A DNA stretch of 64,000 nt from the NCBI GenBank assembly GCA_965200965.1, contig OZ241744.1:448001-512000 (forward strand), written 5' to 3'. The translations under genes and the position numbers were made by a program. How positions within the stretch are numbered: position 1 is the stretch's first letter; every line of letters starts with the position of its first letter. This document shows, one piece after another, positions 26,512-37,536 of the stretch. Source of the DNA: an uncultured Candidatus Binatia bacterium. GTDB taxonomy: Bacteria > Desulfobacterota > Binatia > Bin18. The notes beneath the pieces were generated by a model. The model searched no databases. It had not been told where the DNA came from and worked only from the letters and a program-made list of their open reading frames with translations.

Positions 26512-29319
26512 TTAGGTCGCCGCGGCCTTGCGCGCTCTGCGCGGCGTCTGGCGCGGCGGCGCGGGTGGATTGTGGAGGACGGCGTGGGCCGCGGCTAGGC
26601 GCGCAATCGGCACCCGGTAGGGCGAGCACGAGACATAGTCAAGACCGGCCCGGTGGCAGAACTCGACCGAGGCCGGGTCGCCGCCGTGTTCTCCGCAGAC
26701 CCCGATTTTAAGGTCAGGTTTGGTCGCCTTGCCTTTGTGCACGGCCAATTCGACCAGTACGCCAACCCCTTCTGTGTCCAGAGAGACAAAGGGGTCGTTG
26801 GCGAAAATGCCCTGGCTAACATAGTCAGGCAGAAACTTCCCCGCGTCGTCACGGCTGAGACCGAGCGTCATCTGGGTCAGGTCGTTTGTTCCCAGGGAGA
26901 AGAAGTCGGCCGCAGCCGCGATATCGTCGGCTCTCAGGGCGGCCCTGGGGACCTCGATCATTGTGCCGACGGTGTAGGGGATTGTCAGGGCGTGGCTGGC
27001 CGTCACAGCTTCGCACACCTGCTCAATCCGGGCTCTCAGGATCTGCAACTCTTTCTGAAAGCCGACGAGGGGAACCATGATTTCTGGAAAAACTGCGGTG
27101 TTCTCCCGGGCCAGTTCACACGCGGCTTCCATGATGGCCCGCGTCTGGACCTCATAGATCTCTGGATAGGTGACGCCTAGGCGACAGCCGCGGTGGCCGA
27201 GCATCGGGTTGAGTTCGTGCAGGACAGTGCGCTTGACCCGCAGGCGCTCGGCGGATAGGTTCATTTTTCTGGCCAGCGCAGCGATCTCATCGTCGGTGTT
27301 GGGCAAAAACTCGTGCAAGGGCGGGTCAAACAGCCGGATTGTCACTGGCAGACCGGCCATTGCCCGCAGGATGCCGATGAAATCGGCTTTCTGCATGGGC
27401 ATGATTTTATTCAGGGCGCGGATACGGCCGGCGGTGCTGTCGGACAGGATCATCTCGCGCACGGCGTCAATCCGGTCGCCCTCAAAGAACATGTGTTCGG
27501 TCCGGCACAGGCCAATGCCCTCGGCCCCAAAGGCGCGGGCCGTCTGGGCGTCGGCTGGTGTATCGGCGTTGGCCCGGACCAGGAGGCGGCGGCGGCGGTC
27601 GGCCCAGGCCATGAGCGCCTGGTAGGCCGGACTTTCAATTTTCGGCGCGCTGGTCGGGACTTGGCCCCGGAAGACCTCGCCGCTTGCTCCGTCAAGGGTG
27701 ATGAACTCGCCGGCGTGAACAACGAGGTGCTTGGCCGGGATGCGGAATTCCTGTCGCTCGTAGTCAATGTCGAGGGCCTCACAGCCGACAATAGCGCATT
27801 TTCCCATGCCGCGACTGACTAGGGCGGCGTGGGAACTGGCCCCGCCGCGGGCGGTCAGGATGCCCAGGGCGGCGTGCATGCCGTTGATGTCTTCGGGCGA
27901 GGTTTCGAGCCGGACCAGGATCGTTTTGCGGCCGGCCTCCGCGGCCGTTTCGGCGTCTTGGGCGGAAAATACCACCTCGCCGCTGACCGCACCAGGGGAG
28001 GCCGGCAGCCCTTGGGCCAGCAAGTCTTTGGGCGCGTCCGCGGCCAGGGTCGGGTGCAGCAGCTGGTCAAGCTGGGTCGGTGCCACCCGAAGAATGGCGG
28101 TGGCCTCGTCTATCCGCCCTTCGTAGACCATGTCGGCCGCAATCTGTACGGCTGCGGCGGCCGTCCGCTTGCCGGCCCGCGTCTGGAGCAGCCACAGGGT
28201 GCCGCGCTCTGCGGTAAACTCGATGTCCTGGGCATCGGCGTAGTGGTCCTCTAAAACCCTGGCGACCTCCTGGAGCTGGGAGAAACACTCGGGCATCTGT
28301 TCTTCGAGAGACGGATACTCGGCCCTGCGTTCCTCCTCAGAGCGTCCTTCACGCTGGGCGCGCTGGCGTGAGGCGGCCAGGGTCAACTGCTGGGGGGTGC
28401 GGATACCGGCGACCACATCCTCGCCCTGGGCGTTCAGCAGAAAATCTCCGTTCAGTTCGTTCGCGCCGGTCGAGAGATCCCGGGTAAAGGCCACCCCGGT
28501 AGCGCAGTCTTGGCCCAGATTGCCAAAGACCATTGCCTGGACGGTGACCGCAGTGCCCCACTCGCTGGGGATATTCTCGATCCGCCGGTAGGTCACGGCG
28601 CGGGGGTTATTCCACGAGCCGAACACCGCCCCAATCGCTCCCCAGAGCTGATCGTGCGGCTCTTCTGGAAAGGTGACATCGAGGCGGTCGTGGATCAGAC
28701 GCTTGAAGGCGACGACGAGCTCCTGGAGGTCCTGGGCGTCCAAGTCGGTATCGTTGTCCACCCCTCTCTGAGCCTTTTTCTGCTCAAGCAACTGCTCAAA
28801 GGGGTCAATGTCGGTCTTGGAGGCGGGTTTGAGGCCCAGCACCACGTCGCCGTACATCTGCACAAAGCGGCGATAACAGTCATAGGCAAAACGCGGGTCA
28901 CCGGACTGCCGGATCAGGCCCTGGACGGTGGTATCGTTGAGTCCGAGATTGAGCACCGTATCCATCATGCCCGGCATGGACACGCGCGCGCCGGACCGGA
29001 CGGACAGCAGGAGGGGACGCTTGGCATCGCCAAAACGGCGTTTGATAATACGCTCAATACGTCTCAGGCCGGTACGGACCTGGTTGGGCAGCTCTTCTGG
29101 ATAGGTCCGTCCATGCTCATAGTAATGGGAGCAGACCTCGGTGGTGATGGTCAGACCGGGCGGGACGGGCAGACCTAGGCCGGCTATCTCGGCCAGATTG
29201 GCTCCTTTGCCGCCCAGCAGCCAGTTGAGGCTGGCCTTGCCGTCGGCTTTGCCACCGCCGAACGAATAGACATACCGCTTCTCGCGGGAGGTTTTTCCGC
29301 TGCCGCTCGCCTTCTCCAT
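26512..29319 (-). CDS. ppdK: pyruvate, phosphate dikinase
   Basis: LGGKGANLAE, SVRSGARVSMPGMMDT, GGASSHAA, GIGLCRTEHMF, GTNDLTQ, CGEHGGDP. Confidence 0.97.
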   Translation of the reverse strand: MEKASGSGKTSREKRYVYSFGGGKADGKASLNWLLGGKGANLAEIAGLGLPVPPGLTITTEVCSHYYEHGRTYPEELPNQVRTGLRRIERIIKRRFGDAKRPLLLSVRSGARVSMPGMMDTVLNLGLNDTTVQGLIRQSGDPRFAYDCYRRFVQMYGDVVLGLKPASKTDIDPFEQLLEQKKAQRGVDNDTDLDAQDLQELVVAFKRLIHDRLDVTFPEEPHDQLWGAIGAVFGSWNNPRAVTYRRIENIPSEWGTAVTVQAMVFGNLGQDCATGVAFTRDLSTGANELNGDFLLNAQGEDVVAGIRTPQQLTLAASRQRAQREGRSEEERRAEYPSLEEQMPECFSQLQEVARVLEDHYADAQDIEFTAERGTLWLLQTRAGKRTAAAAVQIAADMVYEGRIDEATAILRVAPTQLDQLLHPTLAADAPKDLLAQGLPASPGAVSGEVVFSAQDAETAAEAGRKTILVRLETSPEDINGMHAALGILTARGGASSHAALVSRGMGKCAIVGCEALDIDYERQEFRIPAKHLVVHAGEFITLDGASGEVFRGQVPTSAPKIESPAYQALMAWADRRRRLLVRANADTPADAQTARAFGAEGIGLCRTEHMFFEGDRIDAVREMILSDSTAGRIRALNKIMPMQKADFIGILRAMAGLPVTIRLFDPPLHEFLPNTDDEIAALARKMNLSAERLRVKRTVLHELNPMLGHRGCRLGVTYPEIYEVQTRAIMEAACELARENTAVFPEIMVPLVGFQKELQILRARIEQVCEAVTASHALTIPYTVGTMIEVPRAALRADDIAAAADFFSLGTNDLTQMTLGLSRDDAGKFLPDYVSQGIFANDPFVSLDTEGVGVLVELAVHKGKATKPDLKIGVCGEHGGDPASVEFCHRAGLDYVSCSPYRVPIARLAAAHAVLHNPPAPPRQTPRRARKAAAT

Positions 29320-29350
29320 GACGGTCTCTCTCCTGCCCCACTCCCGAGAC

Positions 29351-29566
29351 TTAGGCTGCCCGATGGCCGCTGATGGCTTCTCGCGACCCTTCAAGCAAGC
29401 CGGCGAGATGGGCCTGTTCACGCTCTACCGTGGCGAGCCGATTTTCTCCCGCGGTAAGCCGGTCTGCCAAGCGCTCTAAGCGCTGGACAAGCGCACGATG
29501 GCTCGTCAGGATCAATCCGGCCAGTGCGGCACCAACGGCGCACACGGTCAGCAACACGGAGGTCAT
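29351..29566 (-). CDS. small protein with N-terminal hydrophobic helix and coiled coil
   Basis: AVGAALAGLILTS then heptad LERLADRL..RLATVEREQAHLAGLLEG. Confidence 0.55.
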   Translation of the reverse strand: MTSVLLTVCAVGAALAGLILTSHRALVQRLERLADRLTAGENRLATVEREQAHLAGLLEGSREAISGHRAA

Positions 29567-29632
29567 GTGGTATCCCTTCTTCGGTCTGCTCTGGCCCCCA
29601 TGGGGTTCCTATCATATCGGGCCCGGTCCGGG

Positions 29633-30412
29633 CTATCCCCCCTGTACGCCGACCTGCTCCAGAAAAGCCAGAGATCTCAGGGGTCTGGTGAGATGCGGGG
29701 ACAGCAGGCGGGTGACAAGCGCCGGCACTTCATTCCTGGTCCGAAGCGATATCTCGGCTGGCAGCGCAGTCTGCGGAGCGTAACAGGTCCGCAAGACCGC
29801 GAAGGTTTCCTGGGACAGCCGCAGTATGGTTCCGCCGTGTCCATGACAGCGCGGACACAGCAGGCCGCCCAACTGGGACGACAGGGCGAGGCCCACGCTG
29901 TCCCAAGCCTGATCGGTCAAGTTCGTCCCACACTGTTGGCAGGTGGTGAAGTTGGGCGCATAGCCGACGTGGCGCAGGATTTGCAGGGCAAACAGCGAGG
30001 CGAACAGCGGCGATAGCCTCGGCTGCGCTTCAAGAGTGCCGAGACCGTCGAGCACGAACTGATAGAGGTCCTGTCCGGCCTCGCGTCCGGCGGTCATCAC
30101 ATCCGCCAGCTCGACAATATAGCTGGCCAGGGCAAAGCGCTCCAGGTCACGACTCGGCCGACGAAACGCCTGTATCAGTTCAGCGTCAAGGAGAAACATC
30201 AGATCCTCCTCGCTCCGACCCGGCCGGAAGCGCAGCCGGATGTGGCTGAACGGCTCAAGTACGTTGACAAAGCGCCGTCGCGAGCGTTTTGCGCCTTTGG
30301 CAATGACGCTGATCTTCCCCCAATCGCGTGACAGACAGGTCACAATTGTATCCGATTCGGCGTAGGGGCGGGTCCGCAGGACAATGGCTGGGCTGCGTTC
30401 TTCTCTCACCAC
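29633..30412 (-). CDS. recO: DNA repair protein RecO
   Basis: AIVLRTRPYAESD, GKISVIAKGAKRSRRRF, LEPF, CQQCG/CPRC Zn finger. Confidence 0.92.
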   Translation of the reverse strand: MVREERSPAIVLRTRPYAESDTIVTCLSRDWGKISVIAKGAKRSRRRFVNVLEPFSHIRLRFRPGRSEEDLMFLLDAELIQAFRRPSRDLERFALASYIVELADVMTAGREAGQDLYQFVLDGLGTLEAQPRLSPLFASLFALQILRHVGYAPNFTTCQQCGTNLTDQAWDSVGLALSSQLGGLLCPRCHGHGGTILRLSQETFAVLRTCYAPQTALPAEISLRTRNEVPALVTRLLSPHLTRPLRSLAFLEQVGVQGG

Positions 30413-30440
30413 ATCTTATCGTATCTTGCTGATAATCCGC

Positions 30441-30469
30441 TTGACAGTCCACCGGCGGGTTCTTAGGTT
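30441..30469 (+). promoter_or_regulatory. sigma70-like promoter of grpE-dnaK
   Basis: TTGACA-17-TAGGTT. Confidence 0.55.
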
Positions 30470-30530
30470 TTGTGTACGATGATTCATCAGTTCCTTCCGA
30501 GCATATCCAACACCATATACGAGGCACAAC

Positions 30531-31184
30531 ATGCAGAAAACCGACCACAATGAGAGCAAGGTGGGGGTGGAAGAGAACGACGAGCGCCGGCAGGCTGAGG
30601 AAGCCGCGCCGTCCGCTGGAGAAGGCACAGCCGCGGCTCAGCAGGACGACTTGGCCGCGGACGACGAACTCAGCGCGCTGCGGGCCGAACTGGAGCAGAA
30701 AGAGGCCGAAGCCACGGCAAACTATGAGCGTTTTCTGCGTGAGCGGGCCGAACTGGAGAATTTCAAACGCCGTATGCAGCGGGAGAAGTCCGAGGCGCTG
30801 CGGTTTGCCAATGAGCCGTTGGTACGCGACTTGCTACCGGTGGTGGATAATCTGGAACGGGCCATTGTCCACGCCCAGGGGGGCGGGAATGGCCAACCCC
30901 TGATAGAGGGCGTACAGCTCGTCTTGCGATCTTTTGTAGAGGTCTTGGAAAAGCACGGTGTGACGCGGGTGCAGGCAACAGGTGAACCCTTTGATCCGGC
31001 CAGGCACGAGGCAATGGTCCAGGTCGAGAGCGAGGAGCTGCCCCCCAATACCGTGATTGAGGAGCACACCCCGGGCTACAGTTTGTACGACCGTTTGCTG
31101 CGGGCGGCCCTGGTCAGTGTATCAAAAGCCCCCGCTGGAGAAGACAATGAACAGGACTCCCCGGACAAAAAATCTGAGGACTGA
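30531..31184 (+). CDS. grpE: nucleotide exchange factor GrpE
   Basis: AELENFKRR, LLPVVDNLERA, FDPARHEA, GYSLYDRLLRAALV. Confidence 0.96.
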   Translation: MQKTDHNESKVGVEENDERRQAEEAAPSAGEGTAAAQQDDLAADDELSALRAELEQKEAEATANYERFLRERAELENFKRRMQREKSEALRFANEPLVRDLLPVVDNLERAIVHAQGGGNGQPLIEGVQLVLRSFVEVLEKHGVTRVQATGEPFDPARHEAMVQVESEELPPNTVIEEHTPGYSLYDRLLRAALVSVSKAPAGEDNEQDSPDKKSED

Positions 31185-31265
31185 CGGTTGCCAAGCTGTC
31201 GGGGGGTGATTAACTACACCGAAGAGGCGGACGGGGGAGCGGTTTTCTCCGAAGGAGACGAAGGC

Positions 31266-33191
31266 ATGGCAAAGATAATTGGAATTGATCTGGGAACCAC
31301 AAATTCGGTGGTAGCGGTCATGGAAGGCGGTGAACCAACGGTCATTACAAACGCCGAGGGCAGCCGTATTACGCCGTCGGTGGCCGCTTTTACCGACGGC
31401 GGCGAGCGCCTCGTCGGGCAGATCGCCAGACGCCAAGCCATTACCAACCCAGAGAATACTATCTTCTCGATTAAACGCCTGATGGGCAACCGCTACCAGG
31501 ACCCGATGGTCGCCAAAGCCAAAGATGTCCTGCCCTACCGTGTGATCGAATCAGACGGCGACGCCTGGGTCGAAATCCGCGGCAAGGAATATAGTCCACC
31601 GGAAGTCTCGGCCTTCATCCTGCAGAAGATGAAGCAAACGGCCGAAGACTATCTGGGCGAGAGCGTGACCGGGGCCGTGGTTACGGTGCCGGCCTATTTT
31701 AACGATTCCCAGCGACAGGCCACCAAGGACGCCGGCCGGATTGCCGGGCTGGACGTCGAGCGCATTATCAACGAGCCGACCGCGGCGTCGCTGGCCTATG
31801 GTCTGGATAAGAAGAGCGATGAAAAAATTGCGGTGTTCGACCTGGGCGGGGGAACGTTTGATATCTCCATCCTGGAAGTCGGCGATGGCGTGTTCGAGGT
31901 AAAATCGACCAACGGCGATACCTTTCTGGGCGGCGATGACTTTGACCAGCGGGTCATTGACTATCTAGCCGACGAATTCAAAAAAGACCAAGGTGTAGAC
32001 CTGCGCAGCGATCGCATGGCCCTCCAACGGCTCAAAGAGGCGGCCGAAAAGGCCAAGTGCGAGTTGTCGTCGTCGATGGAGACGGAGGTCAATCTGCCGT
32101 TTATCACGGCCGACCAGAGCGGCCCCAAGCACCTGACCATGAAGTTGTCTCGGGCCAAGCTGGAAGCCTTATGCGCCGACCTGCTTGACCGACTTGAGCA
32201 GCCGTGTCTTACCGCCCTCAAGGACTCTGGTCTGTCCGTCAATCAGATCCAGGAAGTTGTCCTGGTCGGCGGCATGACGCGTATGCCGGCCGTCCAAGAG
32301 CGGGTCAAGAAAATCTTTGGCAAAGACCCCCATAAGGGCGTCAATCCTGACGAAGTGGTAGCTATTGGCGCGGCGATTCAGGGCGCGGTCCTGACCGGCG
32401 ATGTCAAAGATGTGCTGCTGCTGGACGTGACCCCGCTGTCGCTGGGCATTGAGACGCTGGGCGGTGTCTTTACCCGGCTGATTGAAAAAAATACTACCAT
32501 CCCGACCAAAAAGAGCCAAGTGTTCTCCACCGCGGCCGATAGCCAGACGGCCGTAACCATCCGCGTCCACCAGGGAGAGCGGGAGATGGCCAACGACAAC
32601 AAACTGCTGGGCCAGTTTGACCTGGTCGGGATTCCGCCCGCCCCGCGTGGCGTGCCCCAGATTGAGGTGATGTTTGATATTGACGCTAACGGCATTGTCC
32701 ATGTGAATGCCAAAGACCTCGGTACCGGCAAAGAGCAGTCAATTCAGATCACGGCCTCAAGCGGCCTGTCTGAAGCCGAAATTCAGCAGATGGTCAAAGA
32801 CGCCGAGGCCCACGCCGATGAGGACCAACAGCGCCGGGAGCGGATTGAAGCCCGCAACCAGCTCGACTCGTTGATCTACTCCACCGAAAAATCGCTGACC
32901 GACTCTAAGGACGATGTTGACGCCGAGGCCGCCGGCAAGATTGGGGCCGCGCTGGAAAAAGCCAAACAGGTCTTGGACAGAGACGACCTTGAGGCCCTCA
33001 AAGCGGCCAACGAGGAACTGACCCAAGCCTCGCACAAACTGGCCGAGGCGATGTATGCGCGGGCGGCCAAGGAACAGCAGCAGGCCAAGCCGCAGGACGG
33101 GGCAGCCGGCCCGCCGCCTGGCAGCGGCAGCGATAGTCAGGCCAAAGACAAAGAGAATATCGTAGACGCTGACTTTGAAGAGGTGAAATAA
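31266..33191 (+). CDS. dnaK: chaperone DnaK
   Basis: [32 protein letters not shown]. Confidence 0.98.
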   Translation: MAKIIGIDLGTTNSVVAVMEGGEPTVITNAEGSRITPSVAAFTDGGERLVGQIARRQAITNPENTIFSIKRLMGNRYQDPMVAKAKDVLPYRVIESDGDAWVEIRGKEYSPPEVSAFILQKMKQTAEDYLGESVTGAVVTVPAYFNDSQRQATKDAGRIAGLDVERIINEPTAASLAYGLDKKSDEKIAVFDLGGGTFDISILEVGDGVFEVKSTNGDTFLGGDDFDQRVIDYLADEFKKDQGVDLRSDRMALQRLKEAAEKAKCELSSSMETEVNLPFITADQSGPKHLTMKLSRAKLEALCADLLDRLEQPCLTALKDSGLSVNQIQEVVLVGGMTRMPAVQERVKKIFGKDPHKGVNPDEVVAIGAAIQGAVLTGDVKDVLLLDVTPLSLGIETLGGVFTRLIEKNTTIPTKKSQVFSTAADSQTAVTIRVHQGEREMANDNKLLGQFDLVGIPPAPRGVPQIEVMFDIDANGIVHVNAKDLGTGKEQSIQITASSGLSEAEIQQMVKDAEAHADEDQQRRERIEARNQLDSLIYSTEKSLTDSKDDVDAEAAGKIGAALEKAKQVLDRDDLEALKAANEELTQASHKLAEAMYARAAKEQQQAKPQDGAAGPPPGSGSDSQAKDKENIVDADFEEVK

Positions 33192-33221
33192 AAGGGAACG
33201 CGAACAAGCAGCGCCTCTTAG

Positions 33222-33259
33222 GCCCCCACTTCTCCAGGCCGGAAGAGTGGGGGTTTTTT
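33222..33259 (+). terminator. intrinsic terminator between dnaK and dnaJ
   Basis: CCCCCACT...AGTGGGGG stem followed by T6. Confidence 0.75.
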
Positions 33260-33282
33260 ATTGAGCGCGCAGAGGACAGGGC

Positions 33283-34401
33283 ATGGCATCAGCAGACTAT
33301 TATGAACTGCTCGGGGTCAGCCGCAGTGCGAGCGAGGATGATCTCAAAAGGGCCTACCGCAAAGCCGCTTTGAAATATCACCCCGACCGCAACCCCGGGG
33401 ATAAAGCCGCCGAAGAGAAATTCAAAGAACTCTCCGAGGCCTACCAAGTCCTGAGCGATAACGAGAAGCGCGCCCAGTACGATCGCTACGGGCACGCCGC
33501 GTTTGAACAAGGTGGTATGGGTAGCGGCGGTTTCGAGTTCAACGGCAATTTTGAGGATATCTTTGGCGATATCTTTGGCGATATCTTTGGCTCCGGAAGC
33601 CGCGGTGGACATAGCCGCGCCCGGCGGGGAGAAGACCTGAGTTACAGCCTGACGATTTCTTTTGAGGAAGCCGCTTTTGGGACAGAAAAAACGATCTCCA
33701 TCCCCCGCGCCAGTGCCTGTCAGACATGTCAGGGCAGCGGGGCGAAACCGGGCAACCGGCCGGCGCGGTGCTTGAACTGCCACGGAACCGGACAGGTCCG
33801 GTTTCAGCAGGGCTTCTTCACCATTGCCCGGACATGTCATCAGTGTGGCGGCCAGGGCTCGCTTGTGACCGATCCCTGTCCAAGCTGTCGAGGCACCGGC
33901 TCGGCACGCAAGACCTCGACCCTGCAAGTCACAATTCCGGCCGGGGTCGATACCGGCTCGCGCCTCAAACTGCGTGGGGAGGGCGAACAGGGCCCGGGGG
34001 CGAGCGTGCCCGGCGATCTGTATGTCATGATCCAGGTGCGGCCCCATCCCCTGTTCGAGCGGTCAAATAACGAGGTCGTGTGTGAGGTACCGATCAGCTT
34101 TCCGCAGGCCGCCCTCGGGGCGGATATTGAGGTGCCGACGCTCGAGGGCAAGCTCAAGATGAAAATCCCTGCCGGGACCCAATCGGGCAAACTGTTTCGT
34201 TTGCGCGGCAAGGGCATTGTCGACCTGCGTGGCCGTGGCCGTGGCGACCAACTCGTGCGGGTGACAGTCGAAACGCCGCATAAACTGACCAGCCGCCAGC
34301 GGGATCTGCTCGAAGAGTTTGACGGCCTTGGCACAGAGGATAGCGATGGTCATCCTCTGAGCAGAGGATTTTTTGATAAGGTTAAGGAACTCTTTGGCTG
34401 A
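33283..34401 (+). CDS. dnaJ: chaperone DnaJ
   Basis: HPD motif, G/F region, four CxxCxGxG repeats. Confidence 0.97.
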   Translation: MASADYYELLGVSRSASEDDLKRAYRKAALKYHPDRNPGDKAAEEKFKELSEAYQVLSDNEKRAQYDRYGHAAFEQGGMGSGGFEFNGNFEDIFGDIFGDIFGSGSRGGHSRARRGEDLSYSLTISFEEAAFGTEKTISIPRASACQTCQGSGAKPGNRPARCLNCHGTGQVRFQQGFFTIARTCHQCGGQGSLVTDPCPSCRGTGSARKTSTLQVTIPAGVDTGSRLKLRGEGEQGPGASVPGDLYVMIQVRPHPLFERSNNEVVCEVPISFPQAALGADIEVPTLEGKLKMKIPAGTQSGKLFRLRGKGIVDLRGRGRGDQLVRVTVETPHKLTSRQRDLLEEFDGLGTEDSDGHPLSRGFFDKVKELFG

Positions 34402-34425
34402 GCCGGCCGACGCGAGAAGCCCCAG

Positions 34426-35406
34426 ATGCAGATTGCCGAGCTTGGCGAGTTCCTGTTTCTTCGCCGTCTGCGCGATCGGCTGCCGGCCGACCCACGGGTC
34501 AGCCTTGGCGTAGGTGACGACTGCGCGGCTCTCAGCCTGCCGGGGACGACCCTGCTGACCACCGACGCCTTGGTCGAAAACGTTCACTTTCGGCGTGAAT
34601 GGACCTCTCTTGTCAGCCTGGGGGCCAAGGCGTTTGCGGTCAATGCCAGCGATATTATTGCGATGGGCGGCGAACCGACATTCGCTCTGCTGAGCGTCAG
34701 TATTTCACAACAGGACACGGTTGAGGAGTTGGACGATTTTTTTGACGGCTTTCTGGCCGCGGCTCATAAGCGTCAGGTGGCCTTGATTGGCGGCAACATG
34801 AGCGCCGGGCCGTGCCTCATCGTATCGGTCACCCTGCTCGGCCACGCGCCGCACGGGATTGTGACCAGGGCCGGGGCACGGGTCGGTGACGATGTGTATG
34901 TGACCGGCACCCTGGGCGACGCCGCTCTGGGCCTGCGGCTCTTCCAACAAGGCCGGGACGACGCCCTTGCCCAAGCCCCCAGGGCACGCTTTGTGTGCCC
35001 GCGGCCACGTTTTGAGGTGGCCCGGGAGATCAGAGCTCGGGGGCTGGCAACGGCGATGCTTGATGTGAGCGACGGGCTGCTCCAGGACCTCGGCCATATG
35101 TGTGAAGAGAGCCGTGTCGGGGCGCGGATTGAGGCGTCCCGCCTGCCCCTGTCCGATGCCTATCGCGGTCTCCTCGGTGCCCGGGCCTGGGATGTGGCGC
35201 TGACCGGCGGCGAAGACTACGAGTTGTTGTTCTGCGTGCCAACTGGCCGGCAGGCGGTGCTGCAAACAGTGGCTGAAGCCTGCGGCTGCGCAGTCACCCG
35301 GATCGGCACGATTGTCCCAGAGCGAGACGGCCGCCAAGTGCTTGATGCAGCCGGCAAGTCGTACACCCCGACCGGGGCCGGCCACGACCATTTTCGCCGC
35401 GCCTGA
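34426..35406 (+). CDS. thiL: thiamine-phosphate kinase
   Basis: GVGDDCA, NASDIIAMGG, DVSDGL, GGEDYEL. Confidence 0.95.
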   Translation: MQIAELGEFLFLRRLRDRLPADPRVSLGVGDDCAALSLPGTTLLTTDALVENVHFRREWTSLVSLGAKAFAVNASDIIAMGGEPTFALLSVSISQQDTVEELDDFFDGFLAAAHKRQVALIGGNMSAGPCLIVSVTLLGHAPHGIVTRAGARVGDDVYVTGTLGDAALGLRLFQQGRDDALAQAPRARFVCPRPRFEVAREIRARGLATAMLDVSDGLLQDLGHMCEESRVGARIEASRLPLSDAYRGLLGARAWDVALTGGEDYELLFCVPTGRQAVLQTVAEACGCAVTRIGTIVPERDGRQVLDAAGKSYTPTGAGHDHFRRA

Positions 35407-35416
35407 CAGGCTGGAT

Positions 35417-36196
35417 ATGGACAGCGCTCGTTTGCACGACTTATTATCCCGGGTCAAAAGCAGGCAGGTGGCGGTCGAGCAGGCCGTTGAAGCGCTGAAA
35501 ACCCTGCCCTTTGAAGACCTCGGCTTCGCCCGCGTTGACCATCACCGTGCGCTACGCGCCGGGTTTCCCGAGGTCATTTTCGGTCAGGGCAAAACCGCGG
35601 CCCAGATTACGGCGATTGCCCAACGCCTCATCGTCAGCGGCCACCGTGCCCTGATCACCCGTCTTGAGGCCGATAAGGCGGATGCGGTCCGTGTCCTGCT
35701 GCCGGCTCTGTGCTACTACGCCGAGGCGCGCGTCGCTATCCTTGGGCAGCGGCCAAGCCCGCCGCCCGAACAGGGACACATCCTGGTGGCTGCGGCCGGA
35801 ACAGCCGACCTGCCGGTCGCTGAAGAGGCCGCGGTGTCGGCTGACCTGCTGGGCAACCGGGTGGAACGTCTGTACGATGTGGGGGTGGCCGGCCTGCACC
35901 GCCTGCTCAGCAGCCTTGACCAACTCCGGGCGGCCAGCGTGTTGATTGTCGTGGCCGGCATGGAAGGGGCCTTGCCGAGTGTGGTGGGCGGACTCGTTGA
36001 CCGGCCGCTGATCGCCGTGCCAACCAGCATCGGCTACGGCGCGAGCTTTCATGGACTTGCGGCCCTGCTGGCCATGCTCAACTCGTGCGCGGCCGGCATC
36101 ACCGTAGTGAATATCGATAATGGCTTTGGTGCCGCGGCCGCGGCGACGCTGATGAATCGCCTGACGTGTCACACAAACGCACGGGCTCCGGCTTAA
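35417..36196 (+). CDS. larB: LarB/AIR-carboxylase-like protein
   Basis: DHHRALRAGFPEV, AGTADLPVAEEA, DVGVAGLHR, AGMEGALPS, PTSIGYG, VNIDNGFGA. Confidence 0.9.
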   Translation: MDSARLHDLLSRVKSRQVAVEQAVEALKTLPFEDLGFARVDHHRALRAGFPEVIFGQGKTAAQITAIAQRLIVSGHRALITRLEADKADAVRVLLPALCYYAEARVAILGQRPSPPPEQGHILVAAAGTADLPVAEEAAVSADLLGNRVERLYDVGVAGLHRLLSSLDQLRAASVLIVVAGMEGALPSVVGGLVDRPLIAVPTSIGYGASFHGLAALLAMLNSCAAGITVVNIDNGFGAAAAATLMNRLTCHTNARAPA

Positions 36197-37536
36197 CCCA
36201 AGGGCGGGCGAAACGCGCCCTCCGGGTCGGCTCGCTGACCTCGGCGGTGGGCGGGAGCTATGTCTGGCACGCTCTCACACAGCTCTTCCAATCCGCCAAC
36301 AAAAAAGAGCAGGCGCTGTTAGACCTGCACCTCAAAAACGCCCTGCGTGTTGTTGAGCGTTCACGCGAGCTGCGCGGGACGTTTATGAAGCTCATCCAGA
36401 TGCTCAGTATGCGCGGCGATCTGCTGCCGTCTGAGGTGGTGGATGTCTTGTCGGTCGTCCAGTCCTCTGTGCCGCCGATGGACTCCGCGCTCATTCGGGC
36501 CCAGGTCAAGGCAGAACTCGGCTCCTGGCCACACCAATTGTTTCAGCGCTTCGAGCCTGAGGCCTTTGCCGCGGCCTCGCTCGGTCAGGTTCATCGGGCG
36601 AGACTCAAGAACGGCAGGGAGGTGGTCGTCAAGATTCAGTACCCCGGCGTGGATACGACTGTTGAGCACGATTTGAAAAATACGCGGGCCCTGCTCCAGA
36701 CCCTGACGCTGCTTACCCGCGATATCTTGCGCCAGCGGTTTGAGGTGGATGAGATCTGTCACGAAATGACGGCTCGGCTGCGCGAAGAACTCAATTACCT
36801 GCACGAAGCCGAGAATATCAAGCGCTTTCGGCGTCTGTTTGCCGATGATGAAGAACTGCTCATCCCCCGGGTCTTCCCCAAGTTTTCGTCCCAACGTGTG
36901 CTGACCATGGAGTATATTGACGGCTACAGCTTCCACGACATTCTTGCCCCGAGCGTTGACAAAGAGCTGAAAGACTGGGTGGCGATCAAGTACTTTCAGA
37001 TCACCTGGCGACAGATTTTTGACTTTGGGGTGCTGCACACCGACCCCCAGCCGGGGAACTATCTGGTGACCTATCACCCCAAACTTGCCATGCTTGATTT
37101 TGGCAGCGTGCGGGTCTTTCCCCCCACGATTCGGCGCACCTATCTTGCTCTAGCGCGGGCCATTATTGAGCGCGATGAACAGACCATGACGGGGTGTTTT
37201 GTCTCGCTCGGCTTCCTGGACGCCGACGCTGATCCGGCCCCGCTGATCCGGATCATGTACCTGATCTTTGAGCCGGTGCTGGAAGATCGCATCTATGACC
37301 CGCACGATTTTCATTCGGCCGAGAAGAGCGTTGAGGTCACGGCCATCAGCCTTGAGCATCGGATCTTCAACGCACCCGGACACCGCCTGTTTCTGGTGCG
37401 TGCTTTGCTCGGTTTAGAAGCCTATGTGCAGCAGTTCCGAACGGTGATAAACTGGCACCGGCTGTTCTGGGAGTGTATTGAGCGCAGCGAAGCCGCGGCA
37501 CGCTACGGCTCTGCATCCGTGGACACGCGCTGCTGA
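36166..37536 (+). CDS. ABC1/UbiB/AarF family kinase-like protein
   Basis: FAAASLGQVHRA, VKIQYPG, HTDPQPGN, LDFG. Confidence 0.88.
   Translation: MSHKRTGSGLTQGRAKRALRVGSLTSAVGGSYVWHALTQLFQSANKKEQALLDLHLKNALRVVERSRELRGTFMKLIQMLSMRGDLLPSEVVDVLSVVQSSVPPMDSALIRAQVKAELGSWPHQLFQRFEPEAFAAASLGQVHRARLKNGREVVVKIQYPGVDTTVEHDLKNTRALLQTLTLLTRDILRQRFEVDEICHEMTARLREELNYLHEAENIKRFRRLFADDEELLIPRVFPKFSSQRVLTMEYIDGYSFHDILAPSVDKELKDWVAIKYFQITWRQIFDFGVLHTDPQPGNYLVTYHPKLAMLDFGSVRVFPPTIRRTYLALARAIIERDEQTMTGCFVSLGFLDADADPAPLIRIMYLIFEPVLEDRIYDPHDFHSAEKSVEVTAISLEHRIFNAPGHRLFLVRALLGLEAYVQQFRTVINWHRLFWECIERSEAAARYGSASVDTRC

Noticed and set aside
30413-30530. CIRCE operator or hrcA upstream of grpE
   Set aside because: No TTAGCACTC-N9-GAGTGCTAA match and no hrcA ORF seen.
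33556-33591. Triple GATATCTTTGGC tandem repeat
   Set aside because: Encodes the normal DIFG repeats of the DnaJ G/F region.
35417-36196. larB without larA/larC/larE nearby
   Set aside because: Dispersed lar genes are common; cannot be judged from one window.
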